This document shows, in pieces, positions 27,512-36,768 of a stretch of 52,745 nt of DNA (position 1 is the stretch's first letter; each line of letters starts with the position of its first letter). Source of the stretch: Candidatus Woesearchaeota archaeon (lineage in GTDB: Archaea > Nanobdellota > Nanobdellia > SCGC-AAA011-G17 > ARS1403); the NCBI GenBank assembly GCA_016181275.1, contig JACOZQ010000024.1, positions 661-53,405 of the forward strand, in the 5' to 3' direction. The notes below the pieces were generated by a model, which was not told where the DNA came from, did no database searches, and worked only from the letters and a program-made list of their open reading frames with translations. Made by a program: the position numbers and the translations under genes.

Positions 27512-27841
27512 ATGAAAGAACAATCATTGTTCATAGAATTTATAGGAGATTCTCCTAAAATAAGGATTATAGACTATTTATTAACAATGGGATAGTTAGA
27601 TTTTTCTATTACAGATATGGTTGAAAATGCTGGGATTGGAAGGGCTACTTTATACCGGATATGGGATAATTTGATTAAATATAATGTAATTATCCATACG
27701 AGGTATATTGGTAAGGCTAAATTATTTAAATTAAATTCTGAAAATGAAAAGATTCAAAAGTTAAAGGAAATTTATGATATGTTAGCCATTGAGGATTTAA
27801 AGAAAAGAGTTGAAAAACAAAAAGTTAAATTAAGTGGTTAA
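27512..27841 (+). pseudogene. winged-HTH regulator with in-frame TAG
   Basis: MKEQSLFIEFIGDSPKIRIIDYLLTMG*LDFSITDMVENAGIGRATLY...; TAG at 27593-27595 is in frame with the 27617 ORF. TATA TTTAAATA at about 27482. Confidence 0.8.
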
Positions 27842-27908
27842 TTAGTTGTTTCTTAGTAGTAGTTACAAATAGAAAGATTTATAAAGCGATTTTATCCTAC
27901 TTTATAGT

Positions 27909-28049
27909 ATGAAAAAGAAACTTAGCATCACAATAAATGAAAATAAAATTAAAAAATTAGAGAGATTAATAGAAAGTGGAAGATTTAGAAATAAATCTCA
28001 TTTAATTGAATACTGCCTTGATAAATTCTTGAAAGGAGAGGAAAAATGA
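27909..28049 (+). CDS. ribbon-helix-helix (CopG-like) protein, absent from ORF track
   Basis: MKKKLSITINENKIKKLERLIESGRFRNKSHLIEYCLDKFLKGEEK. TATA TTTATAAA at about 27878 and an ATGA overlap with the next gene. Confidence 0.85.
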   Translation: MKKKLSITINENKIKKLERLIESGRFRNKSHLIEYCLDKFLKGEEK

Positions 28050-28285
28050 ATCTATCAGATAAAATTAATTTAGAAAAAGTCCAAATAATTGGCGACGAAG
28101 AAGATTTCTATAGAGTAAAATATGGTGATCAGGAATACCAAATAGCAAAATCTGATGAAACAAGTTTTGAAATAAATCATTCCCCTATTCCAAGCCATGG
28201 GCTAAGATTAGAACAAAGAATAGATACACTCCCCAGTATGTCAATATTTCAAGATGAATCTGCTCCTGAAGAATATAGGGAGTGA
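28046..28285 (+). CDS. hypothetical protein
   Basis: GGAGAGG RBS, with coupled overlaps to both neighbours. Confidence 0.6.
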   Translation: MNLSDKINLEKVQIIGDEEDFYRVKYGDQEYQIAKSDETSFEINHSPIPSHGLRLEQRIDTLPSMSIFQDESAPEEYRE

Positions 28286-28899
28286 TGGTCTTTCATGAAT
28301 TAAGAGAGATTGAGTATAGGGAGGCAGATTTTGATGATGCACATGAAAGAGCGGTTAATGATGAAATTTTATATGTGCTAAAGCATCTTGGAGAAAATAA
28401 ATTAGAAGATTATTTGGCTTTTGCTGAAAATTATAGGATGATAAAAGCTGAAGAAAAATTAGAAAGTGTTGAAGAAAATAATGTGCAACAGATACCGGAA
28501 AAAGAAATTCGATATGGGGATTGGGGGACTATTGAATTAACTTATCTTGGTCGGAATGTTAAAATATTACTCAATGATGAAGATTATTCTTTGTTTGTGG
28601 GGATATTTTATCCGTGGGGTCAGGAGATATATGACGCTGATTTAAAATCGCTAAAAGTAATAAACTATGGATTTGAAAGAAGGGAGAGGGGAGCAATGCC
28701 TAATACCCCCCAATATGATGCAGAGATAAAAGAACATTTGACTAAACTTGCATTAGATTTTGATGGGAAATTAATTTATGTCGAAAATAATGGATACATT
28801 CGTGATCCAATTGAAGGATTACCTCAGAATGTTAAAATATTATTTAGAGATCCAGAAGAAAATTTAATAGAAAGGACTTTATTGGAAATTCAATCTTAA
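28282..28899 (+). CDS. hypothetical protein
   Basis: 205-aa acidic ORF coupled to the upstream gene; no recognised motif. Confidence 0.65.
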   Translation: MMVFHELREIEYREADFDDAHERAVNDEILYVLKHLGENKLEDYLAFAENYRMIKAEEKLESVEENNVQQIPEKEIRYGDWGTIELTYLGRNVKILLNDEDYSLFVGIFYPWGQEIYDADLKSLKVINYGFERRERGAMPNTPQYDAEIKEHLTKLALDFDGKLIYVENNGYIRDPIEGLPQNVKILFRDPEENLIERTLLEIQS

Positions 28900-28912
28900 A
28901 CCTCCAAACAAC

Positions 28913-29087
28913 TGTGTAGTATCATGACATTTGTCACTATCTATTTTATGATTAGATTATCTTTTTAGGTTAATTTTTATTTTCTGATTTTCAGATATCA
29001 AAAAGATAGTAATTTCAAGTTACCGAAGATTTAAATAACAAAATACTAAAACTTTTTAGGGGGTGACATATGTCACTTTATTGCACA
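28913..29087. mobile_element. MITE-like element / IS remnant (175 bp)
   Basis: TGT...ACA ends, 25-bp terminal inverted repeats (19/25), flanked by CTCCAAACAA(C) at 28902-28912 and CTCCAAACAA(A) at 29088-29098. Confidence 0.75.
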
Positions 29088-29221
29088 CTCCAAACAAAAC
29101 CCAAAGCCTTAAATAGGGCAAAAATAGACAATAATACATAAGCATAGAAGAGAAAGCACTTGCTTAACAAAAATTAACATTTCGCTTTTTCTCAAACAAG
29201 TGCTATTAAAAAGGTAAAATA

Positions 29222-30484
29222 ATGAAATTTGAAAATTTAGACATAAGTATTGACTTATTAAAAACAATACAAAAGTTAGGTTATAATGAACCTACTGAAA
29301 TTCAAGAAAAAAGCATTCCGCTTATTTTAAGAAGAAAAGATGTAATTGGTGAGAGCGCTACTGGTTCTGGAAAAACATTGGCTTTTGGCTGTGGTATTTT
29401 AGATCAAGTAACTCCAAATAAAGGATTGCAGGCATTAGTTTTGGTTCCTACAAGGGAGCTTGCCGAGCAGGTAAAAGAATCACTAAACAGTTTTTCTGAA
29501 AGAAGAAAAATAAAAGCCATTGCAGTATATGGCGGCGTTGCGATAAATCCACAGATGACTGCTCTGAAAAGAACAGAAGTTGTTGTTGCAACACCCGGAA
29601 GATTGCTTGATCACATGAAGCAGAGAACGGTGAATCTTACTGGAATAAAAATCTTGGTTTTAGATGAAGCTGACAGAATGCTTGACATGGGATTCATAAA
29701 ATATGTTGAGAGAATAATACAAAGCTGCCCGAGAAAAAGACAGACTTTATTTTTTTCTGCAACAATATCTTCAGAGATAAAAAATCTTGCTGATAAATAC
29801 ATGCAAAACCCTATTAGAGTTTCAGCTAAAAAACTAGTTGATCCAAGTAAATTAAAACAGATTTATTTCAATGCTTCAAGAGGATTAAAATTACCCTTGC
29901 TGGTTAGTCTATTAAAAAATGAAAGAACAGGATTAGTAATGGTTTTCTGCAACACCAGATTTAATACTGATTTCGTTGTCAAGAATTTGAGATTAAATGA
30001 AGTCGATGCCCTTGCAATTCACGGCGGACTTACCCAGAGCAAAAGAAGCAAGATGATGAGCTCATTCAGCAATTCCAAAATCGGAGTATTGGTCTGCACT
30101 GATGTAGCATCAAGAGGATTGCACATAGAAAATGTTTCCCATATTTATAATTATGAAATTCCAAAAGATTCAAAAGATTATATCCATAGAATAGGCAGGA
30201 CTGCAAGAGCTGGAGAAAGCGGAAAGGTAATCAATCTGCTTTCTGAACAAGACCATGATAATTTTGCAAGGGTCAGGAGAGATTACAGCTCATTCAATAT
30301 TGAAAAAGTAGACATGCCAAAATTAGATAGAATAGTTATCTCCAAAAGAGAGATCTTCAGGCCAAGCAATGGAAGCAATGGATTTCATAAAAATGGATTT
30401 AGTAAAAATAGGTTCCATAAAAACAAAAACAAAAGAGATGATAGAAGAGATAATTTCAGAAGGAATCATGATTCAAGATGGTAG
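29222..30484 (+). CDS. DEAD-box RNA helicase (DeaD/CshA-like)
   Basis: Q motif PTEIQ, ATGSGKT, PTRELA, TPGR, DEAD, SAT, HRIGRTAR and a basic tail. Confidence 0.96.
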   Translation: MKFENLDISIDLLKTIQKLGYNEPTEIQEKSIPLILRRKDVIGESATGSGKTLAFGCGILDQVTPNKGLQALVLVPTRELAEQVKESLNSFSERRKIKAIAVYGGVAINPQMTALKRTEVVVATPGRLLDHMKQRTVNLTGIKILVLDEADRMLDMGFIKYVERIIQSCPRKRQTLFFSATISSEIKNLADKYMQNPIRVSAKKLVDPSKLKQIYFNASRGLKLPLLVSLLKNERTGLVMVFCNTRFNTDFVVKNLRLNEVDALAIHGGLTQSKRSKMMSSFSNSKIGVLVCTDVASRGLHIENVSHIYNYEIPKDSKDYIHRIGRTARAGESGKVINLLSEQDHDNFARVRRDYSSFNIEKVDMPKLDRIVISKREIFRPSNGSNGFHKNGFSKNRFHKNKNKRDDRRDNFRRNHDSRW

Positions 30485-30601
30485 AGTATAACTTGATAAA
30501 ATTTTGCAGGCGTTGCAGGGCAAGATTCGTAGTCGGAAGAAGAGAATCAAAAAGATTTTACTGCGACAAATGCGAAAAAATCAAAGACAAGGAGGACTAA
30601 A

Positions 30602-30796
30602 ATGAAAGGAACTGTAAAGTTTTTTAACGACATGAAAGGCTTTGGATTCATAACAGGCGATGACGGAAAAGATTATTTTGTTCATCAGACTGGATTGAAA
30701 GCTGGAGTTGCTTTGAATGAAAACGACAAAGTTAAATTTGATGTAGAGCAAGGCGACAGAGGCCCAAAAGCTGTCAACGTTGAATTGGATAAATAA
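30602..30796 (+). CDS. cspA: cold-shock protein
   Basis: MKGTVKFFNDMKGFGFI..YFVH..GDRGPKAVNV with a GGAGG RBS. Confidence 0.95.
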   Translation: MKGTVKFFNDMKGFGFITGDDGKDYFVHQTGLKAGVALNENDKVKFDVEQGDRGPKAVNVELDK

Positions 30797-30845
30797 TAAT
30801 CTTACAAAGGAATGCTTAAAAAGTTGTTTTTCTTAGATTTATTTA

Positions 30846-31538
30846 ATGCAAATTTATGAAAACATTGAGATTATAGATATTTGTCTTTACCTTAAGAAAG
30901 AGAAGATTCTTGTAATTGGAGATATGCACATTGGTCTTGAAGAAGCATTGAATAAACAAGGGATTTTAATTCCAAGACAAGGCGTTGATGAAGTAATTAA
31001 AAGACTGAAAAAAATCCTTGATAAAATTGAGATAAAGGAAATAATCCTGATTGGAGATGTTAAGCATGAATTCGGAACTATTTCAGATCAAGAGTGGAGA
31101 GATACTTTAAACGTTCTTGACTTCTTGCTTGAAAAAAGAAAAGTTATTTTGATTAAAGGAAACCACGATACTATTCTCGGCCCGATTTCTAAAAAAAGAA
31201 ATCTGGAAATAAAAGAATTCTATAAAGTAAATAAAATATTATTTGTTCATGGTGATAAAATTATTAATGAAAAATCTGAGGTTATTATAATAGGGCATGA
31301 GCATCCTGCAATTAGTTTTGAAGAAAGAAGAGATGAAAAGTATAAATGCTTCTTGCTTGGAAAACATAAAAAATCAAAATTAATTGTAATTCCAAGCTTC
31401 AATCTTCTTGTCGAAGGCAGCGATGTTACAAAAGAAAAAACTTTGAGCCCTTATATAGAAAACATTAAGAAGTTTAGAGTTTTTATTTCTGAAAATAATA
31501 AAGTAAGAGATTTTGGGTTGCTAAGGGATTTAAAATGA
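30846..31538 (+). CDS. metallophosphoesterase (calcineurin-like)
   Basis: GDMHIG, GDVKH, GNHD, HG and GHEHP. Confidence 0.92.
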   Translation: MQIYENIEIIDICLYLKKEKILVIGDMHIGLEEALNKQGILIPRQGVDEVIKRLKKILDKIEIKEIILIGDVKHEFGTISDQEWRDTLNVLDFLLEKRKVILIKGNHDTILGPISKKRNLEIKEFYKVNKILFVHGDKIINEKSEVIIIGHEHPAISFEERRDEKYKCFLLGKHKKSKLIVIPSFNLLVEGSDVTKEKTLSPYIENIKKFRVFISENNKVRDFGLLRDLK

Positions 31539-31564
31539 TAGATAATATCTGGCTTAAGGAGAAA

Positions 31565-31885
31565 TCATGAAACAATGGGCAATGGCATTGGAACTTTTTT
31601 AATAACAGTTGGAAATTCTAGCTTAATGAAGATTATTTGACATCGCGGATTTCTTTTATCTACAACAAAATTTGCATTCTTTAAAACTTTTAGAGATTCT
31701 TTGTTTATATCCACATTAGAAAAAAATTCTGAGGCATGTTCTATCTCTATGCCAACAATTTCATCTTTATTTCCAAAATCCAAAGTAAAATCCCCGATTT
31801 CTACACTTCCTTTCGTCAGCTGATTATTTTTATGAATATGCAAGATATCTGAATACTGGCTATAATCAAAATTAAATTTTTCCAT
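31565..31885 (-). CDS. DUF2283-like protein (putative antitoxin)
   Basis: FDYSQYSDILHI...LDF....IVGIEIEHAS pattern. Confidence 0.8.
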   Translation of the reverse strand: MEKFNFDYSQYSDILHIHKNNQLTKGSVEIGDFTLDFGNKDEIVGIEIEHASEFFSNVDINKESLKVLKNANFVVDKRNPRCQIIFIKLEFPTVIKKVPMPLPIVS

Positions 31886-31887
31886 TT

Positions 31888-32199
31888 TTATCTCTTCCTT
31901 TTTATCAGCCTTATCCTTTTATATAATTTTCTATCCAATATTTTTATTGTCCTAATTTTAATTTTTTTGTATTCAAATAAATCTATTATAACCTTCAATT
32001 GTCTTCTATTGCTTAGATTAAAATAAAGTTTGTAGACTTTTGACCTGTCTGCTATAACATTTGAAAGCTTATTTGTTTCATATAATAATATTCTAATCAA
32101 ATCTTGCTTTGTAAAATTATTTTCTTTGCATCTTAATTCCACATGAGGATCATCAAAATCAATATTGCTTTCAGTAAAGTTCTCAAGAAATTTCTTCAT
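31888..32199 (-). CDS. putative toxin partner of the DUF2283 gene (DUF4258/BrnT-like)
   Basis: Basic 103-aa ORF with HVELR near the N-terminus, 2 bp upstream of the DUF2283 gene. Confidence 0.55.
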   Translation of the reverse strand: MKKFLENFTESNIDFDDPHVELRCKENNFTKQDLIRILLYETNKLSNVIADRSKVYKLYFNLSNRRQLKVIIDLFEYKKIKIRTIKILDRKLYKRIRLIKRKR

Positions 32200-32290
32200 A
32201 TCAATTATTTTTATCAGAATTACAAAAGCCCTAAATTATTTAAATCTTTATCAATAAATCTTAAAAAGACATGCGCTTTTTTATTTCTCA

Positions 32291-32692
32291 ATGAGAGATG
32301 ATATCTGGCTTAAAGAGAAACTAGAAAAAATCTGGGAGTTGTTATTTCCTGAAATTCCTAAAGGAAATAATGTTCATGTAAAATTTAAAGGAAAAAGCTT
32401 GAGAAGATTCGGCTGCATTAAATCAAAAGGAAAAGATTCCCTGATTGAGATAAATTCTCTGTTCAAAGATGAAAGAGTTCCTGAATACGTTATAGATACA
32501 ACTTTAGCTCATGAATTAGTTCATTATATGCATGGCTTTCATTCTCCTTTGCCTAGAAAATATCAGCATCCTCATAAAGGAGGCATTGTTGACAAGGAAT
32601 TGATTAAAAGGGGATTTGGTTATAATTTGAAATTGGAAAAAGTCTGGGCCAAAAATCAATGGGAAAAATTGTTTAAGATAATCAAAATATAG
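32291..32692 (+). CDS. SprT-like zinc metalloprotease domain protein
   Basis: AHELVHY (HExxH) with a downstream HPH. Confidence 0.8.
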   Translation: MRDDIWLKEKLEKIWELLFPEIPKGNNVHVKFKGKSLRRFGCIKSKGKDSLIEINSLFKDERVPEYVIDTTLAHELVHYMHGFHSPLPRKYQHPHKGGIVDKELIKRGFGYNLKLEKVWAKNQWEKLFKIIKI

Positions 32693-32703
32693 TAAGGTTT
32701 ACA

Positions 32704-32719
32704 TATGTGTTAACACATA
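32704..32719. promoter_or_regulatory. perfect 16-bp palindrome, putative TA autoregulatory operator
   Basis: TATGTGTTAACACATA immediately upstream of the antitoxin start. Confidence 0.7.
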
Positions 32720-32735
32720 ATTTAAAGTGATTAAA

Positions 32736-32954
32736 ATGCCAAATATGACTTTATCCGTTTCTTTGGAATTACATAAGGAAATGTTGCAACATTCTGAAAT
32801 ACGCTGGAGTGATATAGCTCGGCAAGCATTTGAAAAGAGAATAAAAGAATTAAATTGGATTGATGCTTTATTAGAAAAAAGTCAATTAACAGATGATGAT
32901 GCTGAAAGGATTGGGCATAAGATAAAGCATGAAATAAGAAAAAGGTTTTCTTAA
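32736..32954 (+). CDS. VapB-like RHH antitoxin
   Basis: MPNMTLSV...EIRWSDIARQA; TAATG coupling to the PIN gene. Confidence 0.85.
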   Translation: MPNMTLSVSLELHKEMLQHSEIRWSDIARQAFEKRIKELNWIDALLEKSQLTDDDAERIGHKIKHEIRKRFS

Positions 32955-33355
32955 TGAGGCTAATCATCAACTCCAACAGGATTATAGCTGCATTGGTTAA
33001 GGATTCTACTTCTAAGAAAATCATCCTTGAAGGAAATTTAGAGCTTCTATCTATCAATGTTTCTGAAGATGATGTCAAAAGATACAAAAAAGAAATCTTA
33101 AAAAAATCCGAGCTTACTGAAGCCCAATTTGATTTTATTTATGAAAAACTTAAGGAAAAATTGATAATTCTTGATGACAAGATAATTATGAATAAAATGG
33201 AAGAAGCAAAAAGGATTATGGATAAGATAGATAAAGATGATACTCCTTTTATAGCAGCTGCGATTGCAACAAAATCTTCTATATGGTCAGATGACAAACA
33301 TTTCGAAAAACAAAACCGGATTAAAATTTTAAAGACAAATGATTTGATTAAATAG
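32954..33355 (+). CDS. PIN-domain (VapC-like) toxin
   Basis: LIINSNRIIAAL, DKDDTPFIAAA and IWSDDKHF. The first conserved Asp appears to be Asn. Confidence 0.88.
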   Translation: MRLIINSNRIIAALVKDSTSKKIILEGNLELLSINVSEDDVKRYKKEILKKSELTEAQFDFIYEKLKEKLIILDDKIIMNKMEEAKRIMDKIDKDDTPFIAAAIATKSSIWSDDKHFEKQNRIKILKTNDLIK

Positions 33356-34052
33356 GTCTAGCTCTGTTTGCTTCAGGCATATACTTCCTAACCTTAAATT
33401 CATCAACTGGTAATTCAGTGTTACCGTCTGGATTAAAATATGACTCAACAATAACCCCGTCTGAAACCATTAAATGTTCATAAACATTATCACGAGTTGA
33501 ACCTGCTCCTTCAATTAATGGAAAATCTCCAAGAAGAGTTTTATAGTGTTCTAATTTTTTTATTGGTGTTTCTTGGCCTATCCCTAACCCGGTTGCAACA
33601 ACGGCATCAACTCTTGATTTTGCTAACTCCAGCCATTCTTGTAAATTATCTCCAGGATTGGAAGTGTATTTAAATCCAACTCCCCCTAAGACAACAGTAT
33701 TGAGGTATAATCCCCTAAATCTATCATAAACATTTAAATCTATATCTTGAAGCTGGACAGAATCTATCTGGATAAAATCCGCATTATAATCTCCAGCTAA
33801 TTCAAATGAGCGTTTAAAATTTCCTAGAAAATTTATACCTAGTTTTAGTTTTGCATCTCTTGATTGGATTTGACTTAGAACTGAAATTAATGTCTGCTCT
33901 GTTCCATCATAATTTTCTATAATAACTCCATCCAAGCCTTCCTGCTCATAAATTTTTAAATCTTGCAAAGCTTGATCGATCGGGTATCTTCCCCTTAAAT
34001 GAAGCATGCCAATTACTGGCTTTCTTGGAAATAATTTATGAAATAATGACAT
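33348..34052 (-). CDS. BtpA/SgcQ family TIM-barrel protein
   Basis: KPVIGMLHL, DGVIIENY, GINFL, DAVVATG..G.ETP and DGVIV.S.F. Confidence 0.88.
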   Translation of the reverse strand: MSLFHKLFPRKPVIGMLHLRGRYPIDQALQDLKIYEQEGLDGVIIENYDGTEQTLISVLSQIQSRDAKLKLGINFLGNFKRSFELAGDYNADFIQIDSVQLQDIDLNVYDRFRGLYLNTVVLGGVGFKYTSNPGDNLQEWLELAKSRVDAVVATGLGIGQETPIKKLEHYKTLLGDFPLIEGAGSTRDNVYEHLMVSDGVIVESYFNPDGNTELPVDEFKVRKYMPEANRARPI

Positions 34053-34101
34053 ACTTTAAATAAATAAAATGGATTAATAAAGATTTAGGAATTTGAGAAT
34101 A

Positions 34102-34392
34102 TTATTTTTTAGGCTTTAATGGAATTCTTGTATATTTTCTACAATTCTGACAATAGATTATAACTCTTGATTTATGTATCCTAATTCTTGAATTTACTCC
34201 AGGCTTCAAATAGGAATTGCAGTGCTTGCAGAATTTTCTTTTCAAGCTTTTTGGAATTGATAGATTAATTTTCATCGCAATCTTTCTTGCCAATTCAACA
34301 TAGCGATCAGCTAATTTTTTATTATTTGGAAAAATCTTATCTGCTTCTGAAAATAATTTTTTTATCCTATGTTTTGCTATCTCTATTGACAT
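34102..34392 (-). CDS. rnp4: ribonuclease P protein component 4 (Rpp21)
   Basis: IAKHRIKKLF, RYVELARKI, KRKFCKHC...PG, CQNC and RIP. Confidence 0.93.
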   Translation of the reverse strand: MSIEIAKHRIKKLFSEADKIFPNNKKLADRYVELARKIAMKINLSIPKSLKRKFCKHCNSYLKPGVNSRIRIHKSRVIIYCQNCRKYTRIPLKPKK

Positions 34393-34577
34393 AAATCTAA
34401 CTAATAAAAGAGAGTATTTAAAACTTGTTTTGAGTTAACTAAATATTTATAAAGAATTGATTTTTGTTTTAATTTATGATGGAGTGATAATTATGAATGA
34501 AGCGACTAATAAAAAATTCCTGGGATAAAGAGGAAAGAGGTGATAGCTTTAAATAATTTTTCTTGTTTTAGGTGATA

Positions 34578-36059
34578 ATGAAATTCGAACCTGTTTATTA
34601 TGCGGATAAAACAAGACCTGTTGATTTTAGCAATCCTACTTTTAGTAAAGATTTTCCATTAACAATTATTAATCCAGAAGGATATTCCGGAATTGTTACC
34701 TTGTGGACAAAACCATGGGATGTATGGGATGAGCTCCTTGAGAGATTTCCCAGACTGTTCCAAAAAGATTCACCCTTAGTAACATTAACGAGCTTGTATG
34801 GAAACGGCCTTCCTCAAATGCTGGCTAATCTTGCTTATAATCCTCAATTAGAATATCTCGCAATTACTGGGAATGATGGGAATGCTGTTCCGAGCTCAAA
34901 ATATCTGCTGAACTTTTTAGAACAGGGAGTTGAAATCGGAGATCCATTGGGAACAATCAGAGGAACTACTTTTCCAATCGACCTAAAATTAAAACCCGAA
35001 CTGTTCAAGCATTTAAAAGTTGAAAAATTTAAACCTGGTGACTTAGAATCTGTTGTAAACTTTGTCACAAGAGAAAAAACTTATAATCTAAGAGAATCTG
35101 ACAGAGTAAAAATTGAATTAATTCAGCCAGAATTTTCTGATTATCCTTCTGATATTACTCTGCATCAGATAAATGAAGAAACTCCAATAGATGCGTGGAT
35201 GGAAATTATTTTTAGATTAAACAGATTTGGAAAAAATATTCAGCTTCAGAAAGGTATTAGAAGAACATTATTTAATCTTGATGTTCATGTCAAAAATTCT
35301 GAAGTCGAAGACAGAGAAAAACTTAGAAAATTTAATTTCGACCTTGATGAGTTAAATGCCTATAGAAAAGATATGCTAAAAGGAGAACTGTCTGAAGGAA
35401 CAACTTATACTTATGGAAACAGGATGAGAAAATACTTCGGTATTGATGCATTGGAAAAAGTTATTGAGAGATTTAAAAAAGATCCTGCTGATAGGAGAGG
35501 ATTCCTTACATTATGGGATGTAAAAGAGGATATAACTTCTTCTTCGTCTTCTGATTCTTCTGTTCCCTGCCTGACTGATTTGTATTTTGTAAACCTTGAA
35601 GGAAAATTGATGCTGACTGCTAACTTCAGGACACATAATGCCACTTCTGCCTGGATGCTAAACTTTTATGGGTTAAGAGCAATACAAGAATATGTTGCAA
35701 AAGAAACAGGGATTGGAATTGGAAAAATAAATGTTAAAAGCAGATGGATTGGAATTGATCCCGATGATGCAAAAACGAATTCTGCAATTGACTTAGTTGA
35801 GAAAAACAGGAGAAAAAGAATAAACGTTAATGATCCTAACGGTTATTTAGTAATTGATGTAAGAGGAAATAAAATAGAAGCAGACCATTATTCTTCTGAA
35901 GGAGCTAAATTAACAACTTATTCTGGAGAAACAGCAAGAGAAATCAAAGATCAATTAAGACAGGATTCTGCATTCTTTAGTTTTGACCATGGAGAATGGA
36001 TTGGGTATGAATTAGCAAGAGCACATCATAAACTGCATGGCGAGCTGCCTGAACTTTGA
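34578..36059 (+). CDS. thymidylate synthase-like protein with N-terminal MtrA-like and C-terminal DUF4346-like domains
   Basis: YTYGNRMR, DRRG, LWD, VPCL and FRTHN...N. N-terminal TLWT..SLYGNGLPQMLANLAYNP; C-terminal DPNGYL...HGEWIGYEL. GGTGA RBS. Confidence 0.8.
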   Translation: MKFEPVYYADKTRPVDFSNPTFSKDFPLTIINPEGYSGIVTLWTKPWDVWDELLERFPRLFQKDSPLVTLTSLYGNGLPQMLANLAYNPQLEYLAITGNDGNAVPSSKYLLNFLEQGVEIGDPLGTIRGTTFPIDLKLKPELFKHLKVEKFKPGDLESVVNFVTREKTYNLRESDRVKIELIQPEFSDYPSDITLHQINEETPIDAWMEIIFRLNRFGKNIQLQKGIRRTLFNLDVHVKNSEVEDREKLRKFNFDLDELNAYRKDMLKGELSEGTTYTYGNRMRKYFGIDALEKVIERFKKDPADRRGFLTLWDVKEDITSSSSSDSSVPCLTDLYFVNLEGKLMLTANFRTHNATSAWMLNFYGLRAIQEYVAKETGIGIGKINVKSRWIGIDPDDAKTNSAIDLVEKNRRKRINVNDPNGYLVIDVRGNKIEADHYSSEGAKLTTYSGETAREIKDQLRQDSAFFSFDHGEWIGYELARAHHKLHGELPEL

Positions 36060-36120
36060 ACTTTAAATTATATTTTCAAGAAGATTAATATTTATATAAA
36101 AGTAAAAGTTTTCTTTCTTA

Positions 36121-36768
36121 ATGTTAGAGGGTGTGATTGCTGTTGGTTTTGACTTGGATGGTACTTTATACAAATCTACTCCTGAGATGAATGACAGGAT
36201 TAGAAATAAAATTGCTGAAAGAATTCTTGAAAAAAAACCAGAACTTAAATCCGCTGAGAGAGCAAGAGAATTCTTTGAAGAAAGATATAAAGAATTTCGA
36301 TCAGGAAACAGAGTTCTTGCTGATGTTGGGTATGAAAATTCCCGCAAAATTATGGATGACTGCATTATTAATACTGACGTTATTGATTTGATTTCCGCAG
36401 ATCCTGAATTGGCAAGAATAATGCATGCAATCAGAGATAAGTATGATTTTATTTATTTAATTACCAGCTCGCCTGAAAAATCAGCAAATGAAAAATTATG
36501 TAAAATTGGGATCTCTCCCAAAATTTTTAATGATTTTATGTTTGGAGATGAGGGGTTAAACAAAGATGATGGAAGCGCGTTTAAAGAGATGATTCGTTGC
36601 ATGCCTTACGTAAAGCCTTACAGGCATATTTATGTTGGGGATAAATTGAGCTCAGATATTCTTCCAGCTAAAAAAATAGGAATGAGAACTGCTGCTGTAT
36701 GGTTTCCTATCCCTGAAGCAGATTATTCTTTAAATCATATTCATGATATTGGGGGTTTGCTGCTATGA
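36121..36768 (+). CDS. HAD-superfamily hydrolase
   Basis: FDLDGTLY, LITS, K and YVGDKLSSDILPAKKIGM. Confidence 0.93.
   Translation: MLEGVIAVGFDLDGTLYKSTPEMNDRIRNKIAERILEKKPELKSAERAREFFEERYKEFRSGNRVLADVGYENSRKIMDDCIINTDVIDLISADPELARIMHAIRDKYDFIYLITSSPEKSANEKLCKIGISPKIFNDFMFGDEGLNKDDGSAFKEMIRCMPYVKPYRHIYVGDKLSSDILPAKKIGMRTAAVWFPIPEADYSLNHIHDIGGLLL

Noticed and set aside
27593..27595. Possible TAG reassignment or pyrrolysine
   Set aside because: TAG terminates intact genes at 8752, 30484 and 42029, and no pyl genes are seen.
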